From: Amoebidium appalachense
Taxonomy: Eukaryota; Protista; Ichthyosporea
Assembly: GCA_963693365.1 (NCBI GenBank)
Contig: CAVNZM010000012.1
Coordinates: 558,001 to 622,000, forward strand
Length of the DNA: 64,000 nucleotides
Direction of reading: 5' to 3'
Shown: positions 1 to 22,178 of the stretch, one piece after another
How positions within the stretch are numbered: position 1 is the stretch's first letter
Layout: every line of letters starts with the position of its first letter
The notes under the pieces: model-generated
What the model saw: the letters and a program-made list of their open reading frames with translations, nothing else
Databases searched by the model: none
What the model was told of the DNA's origin: nothing
Position numbers and translations under genes: made by a program

Positions 1-140
1 ATGCATGAGTTGGCTCTCTCTCTCTCTCTGTACCCCTCCTCCCAATCTCTCCCTCCTCCTCCCCCGTTCCCCTCCCCTATACAGCGAGACGTGTGTGTGT
101 ATGTGTGCGTGTGTGTGTGTGTGTGTGTGCCGCCCTCGTG

Positions 141-206
<66 letters not shown>

Positions 207-964
207 CGCGCGCACATGTGTGCGTACGTGTATGCATGTGTGTGTGTTCATGTGTGTGTGTGCATGCATGTATATTGTTTTGGTTGTTTAGCCTGAGGGC
301 TAAACTATGATGCCGCGCTGTGTGCGCGTTTCAAGCGTGGGAGGTCTCTCGGTATTGTGTTGCGCCATTGATTACACAGCACTAAGAAACACGAAACCTT
401 GCACACACTGCACACCATCAACCATACTGCCCCAGAACATCCGGTGTGTGCGTGTGCGTGCGAGTGTGCGCACGCGCGTGTGTGTGCATTTAGGGGGGGG
501 GGGGGGGGGGATGTATGCGTTAGAGGGTTGGAAATATGGGGGGGGGGGGGGGGGGGGTCAAGCTGTGCAGTGCGACACACATGTATACATGAGAGACCAT
601 AAAAAAAAATATATAAAAAAAAAAAAAGGAAGAAGAAAAAATATGCACATGCAAAAAGTCCGTGAGGGCAGAAGGAAAGTACACAGTCACACCCAACGTC
701 TCAGGGGTGGTAACCTGATTCCAGAAACAAGGTGGGGGGGGGGGGGGGGGGGGGGGGAGTAGGCTGGTAAGATAGGCATTTACATGTATATTTGTCCGTG
801 TATGTTTGCACTCTAAAGCCAGCAAGCAAGAGAACAACAACAGGATGGGAGAGGAAGAACGTGTGTGGATCTGGGATGCATAGTTGTATTGTCTGTCTCA
901 TGTGCGTGTGTGTGTGTGAGTGTGAGTGTGTGTGTGTGAGTGTGTGAGTGTGTGTGAGTGAGTG

Positions 965-998
<34 letters not shown>

Positions 999-1308
999 GC
1001 TGCGTGTACACTTGCACAGAAAACTATGGCGGAGGGGGAAGAGGAGGCAGGGGACGAAAAAGGTTGGTGCAAGGAGCAAGGTTGAGAAGTGCAAAACGGA
1101 CGGCATGGGTTACACAGGGAGAGTAGCTCTGGAAGTTGGCAAGAAAGGCAAGCAAAAGAGAGAGGGAGAGAGGGCGAAACAGGGTGTGCACGTGCATGGG
1201 AGCGAGGGGCACATGCATACAGCCACAGTGGGGAGTGTATCTGTGTGTGTGTGTGTGTGCAGACACATAGTTGAACGCACACACGTGCACGATGCAGTGG
1301 GCACGTAC

Positions 1309-1403
1309 TGTTGTAGTTGAGAAGCTTCTCGATCAAATCCACGTGGGTCAACAACATGCGCCGACAGCAGTAGCGGTTCAAGTTGAGGGCATCCAGCGCG
1401 TCG

Positions 1404-1464
<61 letters not shown>

Positions 1465-2515
1465 GGGGGGAGGGGGGAAGGGGAGGGGTTGGGGAGCGTT
1501 AGAATGTATTTATAGAGTACGAAGTACACATTTAAACGGAAAACACGGTGCAGAGAGGGGGGGAGGGAGGGAAAAGAGAGGGGGGGGGGGGGGGAGAGGA
1601 GGAGAGGAGGGCACGTGTTATAAGGCAAGAAAGGGGAACATGGCTGGAAAGGAATGAAGGGGAAAAGGTTAGTGTGTGCCTGAGATTCTGATAAGTGTGT
1701 TTGTGTGTGGAGGGGGGGAGGGGGGGAGGGGGGAGGGAAGGGGCAGCGGGGGACGGTTGCGCAAGTACACGTGCACAAGAATGTGCACATACAAGTGTGT
1801 GTGTATGTCGATGAAATTTTATTCGAACCATTCGCAGTGTTTTCACGTGTGCAGACTTTTTAGCACAGCCGTGGGCGTGCACTTTTCCAAACCAGCAGAA
1901 CATCAATAGCTTACGTTAAGAGCCAAGAAGCTGTGGATTTAAAACACAACACTTGCATACCCTGGCAAACTGCAAGTGTAATCTTATTTATCGAGACAAC
2001 ACGCTGCGGCCTATTCGACAGCATCGCAAAAGCGCCAAAAAAAGAAGAAAGTCTAAAACGAGAGATGTTGGGAGCCAGGCCTGCAAGCAACCTACACTCA
2101 AGGTAACCCTTCAGACACGGACCAACAACAGAAGGCAGTATACTATCTCCTTCGCAAGTACGCCCACAAACACAGTCCAATATCCACTCTGTCATCTGTT
2201 CTCATGCAACATGCACATTATTAACCACAGGATATTCAACGTGCCTTCCTCTTCTGTGCTGCATTCCCTCGCCAGAACCACAAACATAGAACAGTACACA
2301 CCCAGCACCATCCACCAACCACATTCCGCCTTATCATCCTCCCACCACCAGCACAATCCAAGAAAAGAAACACCGCGCTAAACTCCATAAAATGCTCAAA
2401 TTTATGGAGTAGGCACTTACGCTTCTGTGTATTCTGCGTTCATCAGCGACACAAACTTGTCCCACTTGTTCCCAATGACCTTGCCACAGGTGAAGCACCT
2501 AATCGGAATAATCAT
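1309..2515 (-). CDS. RPB10: DNA-directed RNA polymerases I/II/III subunit RPABC5 (RPB10); exons 2515-2421 and 1403-1309, short last exon not located
   Basis: Spliced translation [32 protein letters not shown]|[31 protein letters not shown] matches the RPB10 signature (RCFTCG...RYCCRRM). Intron is GTAAGT...CAG in phase 2; next donor GTACGT at 1308. One candidate last exon is near 714-701 (SYHP*), unverified. Confidence 0.95.
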
Positions 2516-3038
2516 GGTGCCTGTATGCTACGCCCGCGCGCGCCTCTGCCCCTAAATGTGTGTATACCCTCCTTGCCCTCTTTAGAACCAGAGAAAAACT
2601 ACACCTCTGTCCACTACACCGCAGATTATTTCCTAGACAACCACCAAAACTTGTCCCTTCACTCTCTTGTTGGCTCTGAGTCTTACGACGGACGAGCTTT
2701 CGTTGTCATACATGTGCTGATCGCAATTACCTGATATAATCTCAGAAGATAATCGGAATATTGGGGCTCAATAGAAACAACTTTAACCATTTAGTGGGAG
2801 TCTTTCGTTATTCTTGACAACATTTTCCGTATGAATCCGATCGATGATGTAACACACATTGGGCGCCAACCAGCTGCGCGCCAAACTCAAGGCCTCCTAC
2901 AATTTAGATAAACGCCAAACTCCAACATGCATGTCAAAAATTCTGGAGGTTATCTTTTGTTTCCTCTGTTGCTTGCATATATAGATGATAGGGAGATCTA
3001 GAGAGTGAATTGGTTAGAAGTAAGAGAGTAGTTGCAGG
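2516..3038. promoter_or_regulatory. Putative bidirectional promoter RPB10/TBCB
   Basis: 523-bp microsatellite-free spacer between divergent ATGs; ATTGG (reverse CCAAT) at 2760, 2858 and 3009. Confidence 0.6.
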
Positions 3039-3949
3039 ATGGCCAGTGTTGCGCTGAACGTGACGGTGCCAGGCACCACGCTTGCGGCCGAGAGGAGATA
3101 CGAAACAGCACTCACAGTCCAGCAGCTCAAGGTGTGGAAACCGGACACACGCATAGTGCACGCACGCACATGCCCGCGCACGCACACATATAACATGGGA
3201 TTGAAGGTGTGCGAGGTAGGCATACTCCTACACCCACGCTATACTCGCCTGCAATAGCAGTTACACATGGATTGAAGCATATACAGACAAGCACACACAT
3301 AACTCCGTACGATCGTTCATACATGCACACACGCGTGCGCGTGCACACACACACTTACACACACTCTATCTCTTTTTCTTTCTCTCGCTCGCTCTCTTTC
3401 CCAACGTGAATCTTCCCCACCCCGACTCCGGTGCACACACACGCAAGTACGAGCACAGGCAAACACACACGCGCGCACACACACTTTCACACACACACGC
3501 ACACACACACACACACACTCTCTCTCTCCCCCCCCTCCCCCCTCCCCCTCTCTCTCTATCTCTCTTTCTCCCCTCTCTTTCTCTCCCTCCCTCCCCCTCT
3601 CTCTTTCTCCCCCCCCTTCCCCCCGCCGCCCCCCCCTCTCTCTCTGTGTGTGTGCTTGTAACACAACACACGTAGAAGTTCCACTGTTACCATTAACTTC
3701 TTCCCTGATTATCCTCACACCTCACCAGTCGTTCCCCCCCCCCCCTCCCCCCTCCCCGCCTCCCTCCCCCCCCCCCCCCCCCCCCCCCCCCCGGCCCCCT
3801 CCCCCGGCCCCTCCCCCGTCCCGCGCCTGACTGTTGACTTCCAGAAGTCGTTTTTTATGTCCTTAATGCCTCCCCCTCCCCCTTCCCCCCCCCTCCCCCC
3901 CTCCCCCTCCCCCCCCCCCCCCCCCCCCGCGTGTAATTAAAACAAACGA

Positions 3950-3983
<34 letters not shown>

Positions 3984-3994
3984 ACAGACACACA

Positions 3995-4068
<74 letters not shown>

Positions 4069-5461
4069 CACATACATCTATAAACCCCCCTTCCCCCCCC
4101 CTCTCCTCCTCGCCCCTTCGCTCCCTACCATCTTGCGATATGTACCAAGTACATACACATAACACTCACACACCCTTCCCCCCCCCCCCACCCCCCACCC
4201 CCTCCCCCTCCCCTCCCCCCCAGGACAAACTAGTTCTTGTAACCGGCATCGAAGCCAAGGATCAGACCCTGACGCTTGTAGACTCTAGTGGACACACTGT
4301 GGCCACACTCAGCACAAACACATATGCGCTGGGGGACTACCCAGTCAAGGACAACATGACCCTGCAGGTTCTATTTCCTATTCCCCCCCTCCCCCCATCC
4401 CTCGCCCATCCCCCCCATCCGCCCTCCCCTCCACCTCCCCTATCCCTCTCCGCCCTCCCTCCCCCACGGGCTTCCGCCCCTCCCCCCCCCCCTCCTCCTC
4501 CTCCTTTAACCCCCCACACCTCCCAAAGGCCTCTTCCCCACCCCTTCCCCTCTCTGCCTATTTCAAGGGCTGAGTACGAGCAGCTTGTAATGGGGGAGTT
4601 TACCAAGGGGCGTACGTAAGATCAGGGATTATTTCTCCTTTGGTGTGTTTGATTATGTGTGTTGTCAACTTCTGTGTTCTGGGGTGCTTGGAACACATTG
4701 CCCCGCAGGGGGGAGGGGGGTTGGAAGGGGGAGAGGGGTATATGTTAAGTGTTGCTCAGTTCTGGGCAGTAACACCACAATGCAGACTTGAGATAGCATT
4801 TGGTGGTGCAGTGACTTTGGGTGTGTGGGGGCAGGGGGGGGGGGGGGGGGAGGGGGCGGGGGGGATTCGGTTTATATATTATGTTCGTTCATTTGTTGCT
4901 ATAGAATGGCAGAGGGTAAATATGGGGGGGGGGAGGGGTTGTGGTGCTGGGTTTTCGGGGGGAGGGGAGGGGTTGGAGGGTTGGGTGAGGGGGAGGGGGG
5001 GGGGGGAGGGGTTAGAGGATTGGGTGAGATGGGGGGCTTGAGGTTTGGGGAGGGGGGAGGTTTGAGAGAGAGGTCTTGCAGGGACCGTGTGTCCTTTACT
5101 GACTGGTGGGGGTGCAGGTGACTGGGGCACGTGTGCAGGTGGAGGATGTGGCTAAGTTTGAGCTGCCTGACGAGGTGTATGACAAGAGGACAGGTGTGTG
5201 TGTCTGTGGTTGTGGGTGTGTGTGGGTGTGGGGAGGGGGAGGGGGGAGGGGGGGGGAATGAATGGGTGGGTGGGGAGGTGAGTAGCGACGGTGTTTGGGG
5301 GGGGGGAGGGGGGAGGGCAATGGCATGAAAGATGATCAAGTCTTACATGAAGCTGCAGGTAGGGGCAGTTTGATAGCGGAGGCGGATGGTGGTGGTGGAG
5401 ATGATCCCTAAGTGTAGTGGGGGGGTGTAGTTGTGTGTCGGGAAGCGAACAGTTTTGGTAT

Positions 5462-5516
<55 letters not shown>

Positions 5517-5950
5517 TTATTTTTTTCTGGTGGGAGGGTTTGGGGGGGGGGGGGGTTTGGGGGAGGAGTGGGGGGGAAGGGGGGGGGGGGGGGAGGGTGG
5601 ACATCGGAGGATTTTGGGGCATTGATGCAGGAGAGAGAAACGTTGATGGGGAGTGGAGTGTGTTTTTCGGGGGGCGGGCTGCCCGGTTATGAGGGGTTGT
5701 TTATTTGGGAGCGGGTGGGGGGAGGGGGGGGGGGGGAGGGGGGAGATAATGAGACAGGGGAGGAGGATAGGTTGGTGATAATTGTAAGGGAATGGTGGAT
5801 TGGCTGAGTGTGTGGGTGGGGAAAACGGGGGGATATCGGAGCTAGCAGAAGAATTATATGTCGGAATGAAGCAGCGAAAGACGTGGGCATGTGGAGATGT
5901 GTTTTTGTGGAACACACACACACACACATACACACACACATACACACATA

Positions 5951-6012
<62 letters not shown>

Positions 6013-6030
6013 CCACACACACCACATACA

Positions 6031-6096
<66 letters not shown>

Positions 6097-7111
6097 GTAC
6101 ACAAATTAAGAGACAAATGGGGCCTACCGGGAGAACCACACACACACCAGCACATGCCTCAGTTGTTTACCTTTCTCTTTCAATAGAGACCTTTCGATTA
6201 TAAGGTCTACTCCCCCCCCCCCCCCCCCCCCCACCCCCACCCCCACCACCACCCCCTCCCCCCTCCTTGCTTGCATAAGCAACCCTGCTCGTCTTTGATC
6301 AAGACGGGTTGACCCACCCAAGTTCAGTTGATGCTGCTGTCTGAGTTGGAGCGTCGTATATACGCGGGCTAAGGGGTCGAAACTCAGACGCAATTGATGA
6401 CTTGGGCCCTCCCTGAGGATGGGCTCTGCTTATGACGCATACTGTGCGCATGGCTGATGCTGCATACTTGAATGTTTGCCTTTGCATGTGTCCTGCACCA
6501 TGCTTCTCATCGTGTATGCGTACTTCGTACTGTGTTCCGCATTCAAACCCCCCCTGTCTTCTTTCAGAGGTGTCCTTTCAGGACAGACCACTGTGTGGAG
6601 ACATCTTTACTTCCATGCAACCGGGCATGGTTGCTCTGTGTCGTGCATCTGTAAGCACATACGCGTTTGTCGCTGCACTGCATTAGTTTGCACATACATC
6701 TTCACCGTTTTGCTCACCTTGCTTGCATAAGCAACCCTGCTCGTCTTTGATCAAGACGGGTTGACCCACCCAAGTTCAGTTGATGCTGCTGTCTGAGTTG
6801 GAGCGTCGTATATACGCGGGCTAAGGGGTCGAAACTCAGACGCAATTGATGACTTGGGCCCTCCCTGAGGATGGGCTCTGCTTATGACGCATACTGTGCG
6901 CATGGCTGATGCTGCATACTTGAATGTTTGCCTTTGCATGTGTCCTGCACCATGCTTCTCATCGTGTATGCGTACTTCGTACTGTGTTCCGCATTCAAAC
7001 CCCCCCCCCCTCCCCCCCCGTCCCCTTCCCCCGGGGTGCGTGTGGATGACTTTTCCCCTTATTTGGGGATGGGCTCTGCTTGTTATACATACTTTGTGTG
7101 GTTTGCTTTGC

Positions 7112-7160
<49 letters not shown>

Positions 7161-7521
7161 AAAAAAAAAAAAAAGCCTACCAGCCTGCCGTTCCCTCATG
7201 CTTTGTTCTCCCCTCACCCTGCATCACACACACACACACAAACACAGACAGTGTGCGTGAGTTTAAGCGCAAAATGAAACTCGGCAGGTACAGCGACGAG
7301 GCACAGGCCGAGTCAACCGCCCCTGTGCGATCAGCTGCAAATGACTCGCCAGCCATAAGTGTGGGGGCACGGTGCCAGGTGATCACACAGGGCATGCCCC
7401 CCCGCCTGGCCACGGTGCTCTATGTGGGGCACACACACTTCAAGGAGGGATGGTGGGTGGGTGTGCAGTATGATGAGCCCGTGGGTAAGAACGATGGAAG
7501 GTGGGTGGATGTGTGCGTGTG

Positions 7522-7600
<79 letters not shown>

Positions 7601-7663
7601 CATATGTGGGATGTGTGCGTGTATGTTGTGGAAAGTATAGTGAAGGGGCTGCGGGGTCGTAGT

Positions 7664-7702
<39 letters not shown>

Positions 7703-7725
7703 CGTGCGTCGTCACGGGCACGTGT

Positions 7726-7775
<50 letters not shown>

Positions 7776-8434
7776 AAGGTTGGTGCCTGGAGAAGAAAGT
7801 CTGTTGTGCTGGGGTGCATGGTAGATGATTTTGGGTGGTTGGGAAAGGGTGTGGTTTGGAGGTGTTCGTGTTGTGAGAATAGTGGGGGTGATATTGCCGT
7901 CCATAGCGGCGAGAGAATGTGGAGGGGAGGAGAGGAGGGGGGGGGGAGGGGGGGGGGGGGAGGAGGGATGTACCGTGCGTTAAGGGTTGATGAAGAGATG
8001 ATGTGGGTGGTATGAGGTTACGGCATGCATGGCTGTGATTGGCTTGAGTCGTTTGCTTCTACATGTACTGGCAAATGGGCCTTAGAGAGATATGGTGCCA
8101 AAGTATTCAACCCTGGATGCATGGCAGAACGGTTTAAACGCCCTCCCCCAACTCTGCTGTAATGCTGCAAAGAAAAGTATAACCCCAGCCTCGGCGCTTG
8201 CTCCTTGCTCTTAATTCATCATGCTTGTAACGTCTCATGAACCAGTATCTACCTGCCTAACCCCCCCCCCCCCCCCCCCCCCCCCTTCCCGGGTCACCCG
8301 CCCCTCCTCCTCCTCCCCTCCCCCCCTCCTTCCCCCTGGGGCACCACACGCACATCCGCCCGCACCCTCGCACACAACACACATGCGCGTGTGTGCACAC
8401 ACACACACAAACACACACAGAAATGCACACACAT

Positions 8435-8529
<95 letters not shown>

Positions 8530-8646
8530 GTTGATGGGCAGCGCTACTTCACCTGCCCAGCCAAGTACGGGGGCTTTGTGGTGCCTTCAGCAGTCACCGT
8601 GGGCGATTTTCCAGAAGAAACCTTCGATGATGACGATGAAATGTGA
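3039..8646 (+). CDS. TBCB: Tubulin-folding cofactor B (Ubl + CAP-Gly); exons 3039-3131, 4224-4367, 5118-5193, 7248-7500, 8529-8646 (~227 aa)
   Basis: Ubl part ([24 protein letters not shown]...[14 protein letters not shown]), linker [31 protein letters not shown]-Gly ([35 protein letters not shown]) and acidic tail [14 protein letters not shown]. All introns GT-AG and in frame. Confidence 0.95.
5461..5520. repeat. (TTTA)n microsatellite
   Basis: Direct reading of the sequence. Confidence 0.95.
6265..7110 (+). repeat. Repeat family A: two identical ~289-bp direct repeats (6265-6553, 6717-7005) around a ~163-bp spacer, plus a fragment at ~7043-7110
   Basis: Same sequence at a 452-bp offset (ccttgcttgcataagc...cgcattcaaaccccc); diverged relatives elsewhere in the window. 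Confidence 0.9.
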
Positions 8647-8911
8647 TGTCACCGTCCACGTGTTTAGATATTTTATGGAGGGACCTTTGAGTGTATGTCT
8701 ATTGTAGGGTAATCTTGTCTTGTTACTTTGCATAGTCGACTTTGGCTTGCATGTGGTTCATGATGATATGGGTTGCTAGTGTTGTTGTGTGACACTGTGT
8801 GTTTGGAATTCGAACGAATGCTGGTTGCGCTGTTAAGGTGTTAAGACGAATGTGTCTGGTTAGTTTAGTTCGTCGTGCGTGTGCATGTGCAGTTATCGTT
8901 GTACAGAGCAC

Positions 8912-8959
8912 ACCCTGAATTCGAATAATGTTTGTACCCTGAATTCGAATAATGTTTGT
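8912..8959. repeat. 24-bp tandem duplication (accctgaattcgaataatgtttgt x2) downstream of TBCB
   Basis: Direct reading of the sequence. Confidence 0.85.
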
Positions 8960-9290
8960 CTATCATATTAGAATAAATCAAAAGCTGTGATGTTAATTGC
9001 CTGCTTTTTATGCACTTGTGGCGGTAAAATCTTCTTCAGAGTTTGGTATCGTGCAGCCTATAGTACACCGACTATAAGTCAGGCCTATGATATAGTATTT
9101 TATGTATGCCTGTTTGCAGTGTAATGTCCCCGTGGGATGCACACCTGTTTGTGAAGGCCTCTCACTGATTTTACACTAATTATGAATTGTTATGTGAGTA
9201 GGCTAAGCTTTCTCGTACTGGACACAAAGCCCTCCTTGCCCGTTCTATACACCCAACCACCACCACGTGTACGATTGTGCGCTGCCAATG

Positions 9291-9321
<31 letters not shown>

Positions 9322-9401
9322 GCCCCCTCCTCCTCCTCCCCCGGCACACACACCACCACCACCACCACCAACATCCCGCTTTTTCGTTTTTTTTTTTTTT
9401 T

Positions 9402-9442
<41 letters not shown>

Positions 9443-10300
9443 GAACACACACATGCAGATACCGTGTACGCACACACATAACAATCAAATTTTTGCAAAA
9501 GCACACGGGAGCCCATGCGCAGTGAAGGTTTATTTGCACACAGCACAGCGATCAACATATGTAGCATACGGCACCCTCCTATTGAACTATGTAGTGACAT
9601 GAAATCCAGCTGTACGCGCACACACACCTTCTACCTTCGTTGTAATTACAGGCGTGTGAGAAAAGACACACGGACACACACATCAATTCCAGCTGTACAT
9701 ACACACACACCTTCTACCACACACACAAACACACACTCAGGGAGAGAGAAAGATAATGTACTCATCATGGTTTTTCCCAACCCGCCATGCCCCATTGGGT
9801 AGCAGGAGTGAGCTGAAATATGATGGGTGGCTGCCACTGCCCCACCGCAGGGAGTGCATTTCTGCCCTCAGACCCGCAGCGGATCAAAGTGGAGCACTCG
9901 ATCTGCCCACGTGCCACCGCACAGTTTGCGCAATCAACAGATGCGCCGCGCGGTGAAGTGTGGACCAATCAGAAATGAGGAAGTATGGAGCAAAGTCATC
10001 CAAAGACGTTAGGCGTTTGATTGTGGGATAAAACCTATATGTGGCTTTTCCCGCCATTTTCCCTGCCTAGACGTGAAGGACGTATATACAGCTACATGTA
10101 CACCATTACGATAAACGAAGCAACTAAAACGAAAGCTACGCCATATTTCACACGCCTGCGCTTGTTTTCAGTGCTCCTAACACATCAGCAATTTTTTTCT
10201 TATACCTATTCAGCAGCTATATTAGCTAATTAGAAGGGGACAATAAGAGGCCCTGTGCATGGCTTTGGAGGCCTCAGTGTAGATAGCATGCAAAAGCAGA

Positions 10301-10386
<86 letters not shown>

Positions 10387-10629
10387 ACTTTTGTTGAATG
10401 TGCTTGTCCGTCACGGTGTGTGCCGCTTGTGCAGCGTGACTGATTTTAGATAACCAACTTTCGGGCCCTTGCAATTGCGTCAACGCCTGGTCAAGCAGAC
10501 CGGTGTGCTAAAAAAAGAGATATTTTATTCAACGAAAAGGTTTACATTCGGGCACCACTTGGTTGGCAGCACAGCTACCCGTCATACGTACAGACCAAGT
10601 TGTCTAAGTGTAAGCAAGCATATCCTGGT

Positions 10630-10775
10630 GGATACACATGATATACCAAATATATCAGATACACCAGATATACAAGATATACAAGATATACCACATGCCA
10701 GATATGCCAAATAATCAGATATACCAGATATACCAATCTGATACATCAGATATACCAGATATGCCAGATCTATCA
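10630..10775. repeat. Degenerate 9-bp minisatellite (AGATATACC-like)
   Basis: Recurrent cagatatac / aagatatac / cagatatgc units. Confidence 0.85.
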
Positions 10776-11134
10776 GCAAAAAGGGGCCGGCTGCTAAGAT
10801 AAGCCTGCCTTCGCGTCTAAGACTAAAAAGAAAAAAAACTATTTCACACACAACAGCAAGCCACACACGGAGACACCTTTGAGTCCTCGACCTGCTGATG
10901 TGCGTCACAAACAGTCCAATGTGCTTCCAGCTAGAATCCTTCATTGACCATGTGCGCTAGAATGAATCTGTCTACCAATGAAGCTGTATGCACGCGTTGG
11001 TTACGTGTACACATGACCATGCGAGTCGTGTGTGTAAGAGAGTGTGTGTGTATGTGTGTGTGTGTGTGTGTATGCGCGCGCGCGCGCGCGCGTGCGTCCG
11101 TCCGTCCGTGCGGTTTGTGTGTGTGCGCGCGCGC

Positions 11135-11220
<86 letters not shown>

Positions 11221-11583
11221 CCATGCATGTGTGTGGGTGCGGCTGTGTTTTTTATGTGCGCAAATGTGGCTATGCAATTCCTGTGCATAATGTACCTTTT
11301 TATATGTGGAGTGAGGTGTGGGCGTTAAAAGAAAGGGGGGGGGGGGGGGGGGGGAGGGGGGGTTGGCGAAAAAGCGGATGACAAAATAGCGTAAAGGGAA
11401 GACAGCGTCACACTCGACAAACGCACATTCACACCTGGGACTGTGAAAGAGGGGAAAAAAAAAGAAAATTTTTTTTGAAACAAAACGACACAAAACAGTG
11501 TTGCATGAATCATGCAGTCACCAGCTATCCTCCAACATAACTAACATCAGGCCTTTCTCCTCCTCTTAACGGGTCGGGCCGGG

Positions 11584-20706
<9,123 letters not shown>

Positions 20707-21262
20707 AGCTGCAAAGGGAATAGTTCAAGTTCTTCTCTTGTTTCGGACCTGTATATCTTTGTTGGAAATTAGAGGTACAGACGGTTCAAATAAAGGTGGG
20801 TCAGATGGTTGCGTGCATGTGAGTTTGACAGCGCTAGAGTGCAATTTGTGCACTTGAAGGGTCTATAAACCTGTCATGCAGAACTTTGAAATTCAAACAC
20901 AAACATGTACAATCACAAGCACAGGTGTTCAAGGCACAAGCATGAGTGACTGATCAGCTGACTGAGATCTGTATGTAACGTGTTGAAATGCTCACTTGAA
21001 GCACCGGTAAATTCAAAATCAAAACAGATTTATATTGACCAATCAAACGTTGATACTAAATTTGGTAGGCTCATATTAAAGCAATACATTTTTAATGTGA
21101 TCTAAATCATGCATCTCAGTGTCTGGGAAAGCCAAGAGTTTACACCATCCTTGTTTTGGGTTTTGCTTTTTCTAAAGGTCTACTGATATGCACACGCAAG
21201 TTTTATAGCTGTTAGTACTATTTACGTAAATCATAAATCATAATGCATTTGGCGTTCTTACA

Positions 21263-21807
21263 TTTTTTATTTTTTATTTTATCCCGTTTCACTCCCGGCG
21301 AGGCACTGCCTCAGGGGAGCTTACCGTCTTCCGCCTAGACACAGATCGTACTGTATAGCACACTCATAAGTCAGGATTCTAATTGACCCCAACTGGCACT
21401 ATTTTTAGTTACGCCTTATCCCACGGTTCTAGCCGCAGCAACGCTAGTGGGGAATGAGCACAGCTCACTTTAACAACACCAGCCGGGAGCGACCCGGGAC
21501 ACATACACAAACATAAAGACTTGAAAGGGAAGACCCCATGCCCAGGACGCTGACCCGAACCGTGGCCGGTGACTCGGATTGGTCTCCCACTTGAACGTTG
21601 GGCCGGGATGCCCAAGCGGCGCGCCGTCGACGTCAGAGGGCCGGTGCTGTTCATGACGTCATGTCTTACGGCCGGGTGATAACAAATTGGTGGTGCTGCT
21701 TTGACGTGGTCTGGGGTGATGGCTTCTAGGGGGCGGCCAGACCGGTGGACCGTCGAGGCAGAAAAAATCGGAAGTAACCAGGATCGATCCTGCGACTTTG
21801 AGCTTGA
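21263..21807 (-). mobile_element. SINE-like retroposon, probably tRNA-derived and 5'-truncated, with 13-bp TSD
   Basis: TGGCGTTCTTACA flanks both ends (21250-21262, 21808-21820); A-rich 3' tail; 5' end has a tRNA T-arm/B-box-like gtcgcaggatcgatcctg; near-identical inverted copy at 53219-53723. Confidence 0.85.
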
Positions 21808-22135
21808 TGGCGTTCTTACACAAACTCTTGTTCATTTTGCCCGGCGTACACACAACCGTCGGACTTGGCCGTTGTGACCTTCAAAATCTGGCATTGCCAT
21901 CTCTAATGTTGTTCTTTCAATCCATGTCGCGATGGCCATGGGCTCTATATTAGTCTTAGATTGCCATGGTCGTGAGCGTTGCCTCGTTGTTGCCACAAGT
22001 ATATGTGTCTACCTCAAGAAAAACGGATAGAGCTCATGCTCCACTTGACCTTTACCAGTTTTTTTTTTTTTTTAGTTTTTTTTTGGAGGGAGCGAGGAGA
22101 TAAGGGGGAAGGGGGGGGAAGGGGGGGAGGCCAGT

Positions 22136-22178
<43 letters not shown>

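Noticed and set aside
1404-2420. Introner-type origin of whole introns
   Set aside because: Introns share only an internal cassette; their ends and lengths are unrelated, so they are not copies of one intron-generating element.
6338-6415. Hammerhead ribozyme, SECIS or box C/D snoRNA in family A (GAAAC stem; TGATGA...CTGA)
   Set aside because: No CUGANGA core in hammerhead geometry on either strand; TGATGA and CTGA are only ~12 nt apart; no SECIS apical AA loop, and the location is intronic.
9180-10010. Small protein-coding gene between TBCB and the membrane gene
   Set aside because: Complex sequence and a CCAAT box are present, but I could not build a consistent spliced ORF or recognise a motif.
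10630-10775. CRISPR-like array
   Set aside because: Short degenerate 9-bp tandem units with no unique spacers, in a eukaryotic context with no cas genes.
21765-21807. Functional tRNA gene
   Set aside because: Only a T-arm-like 3' part is present, and the TSD shows the element starts at 21807, so there is no complete cloverleaf.
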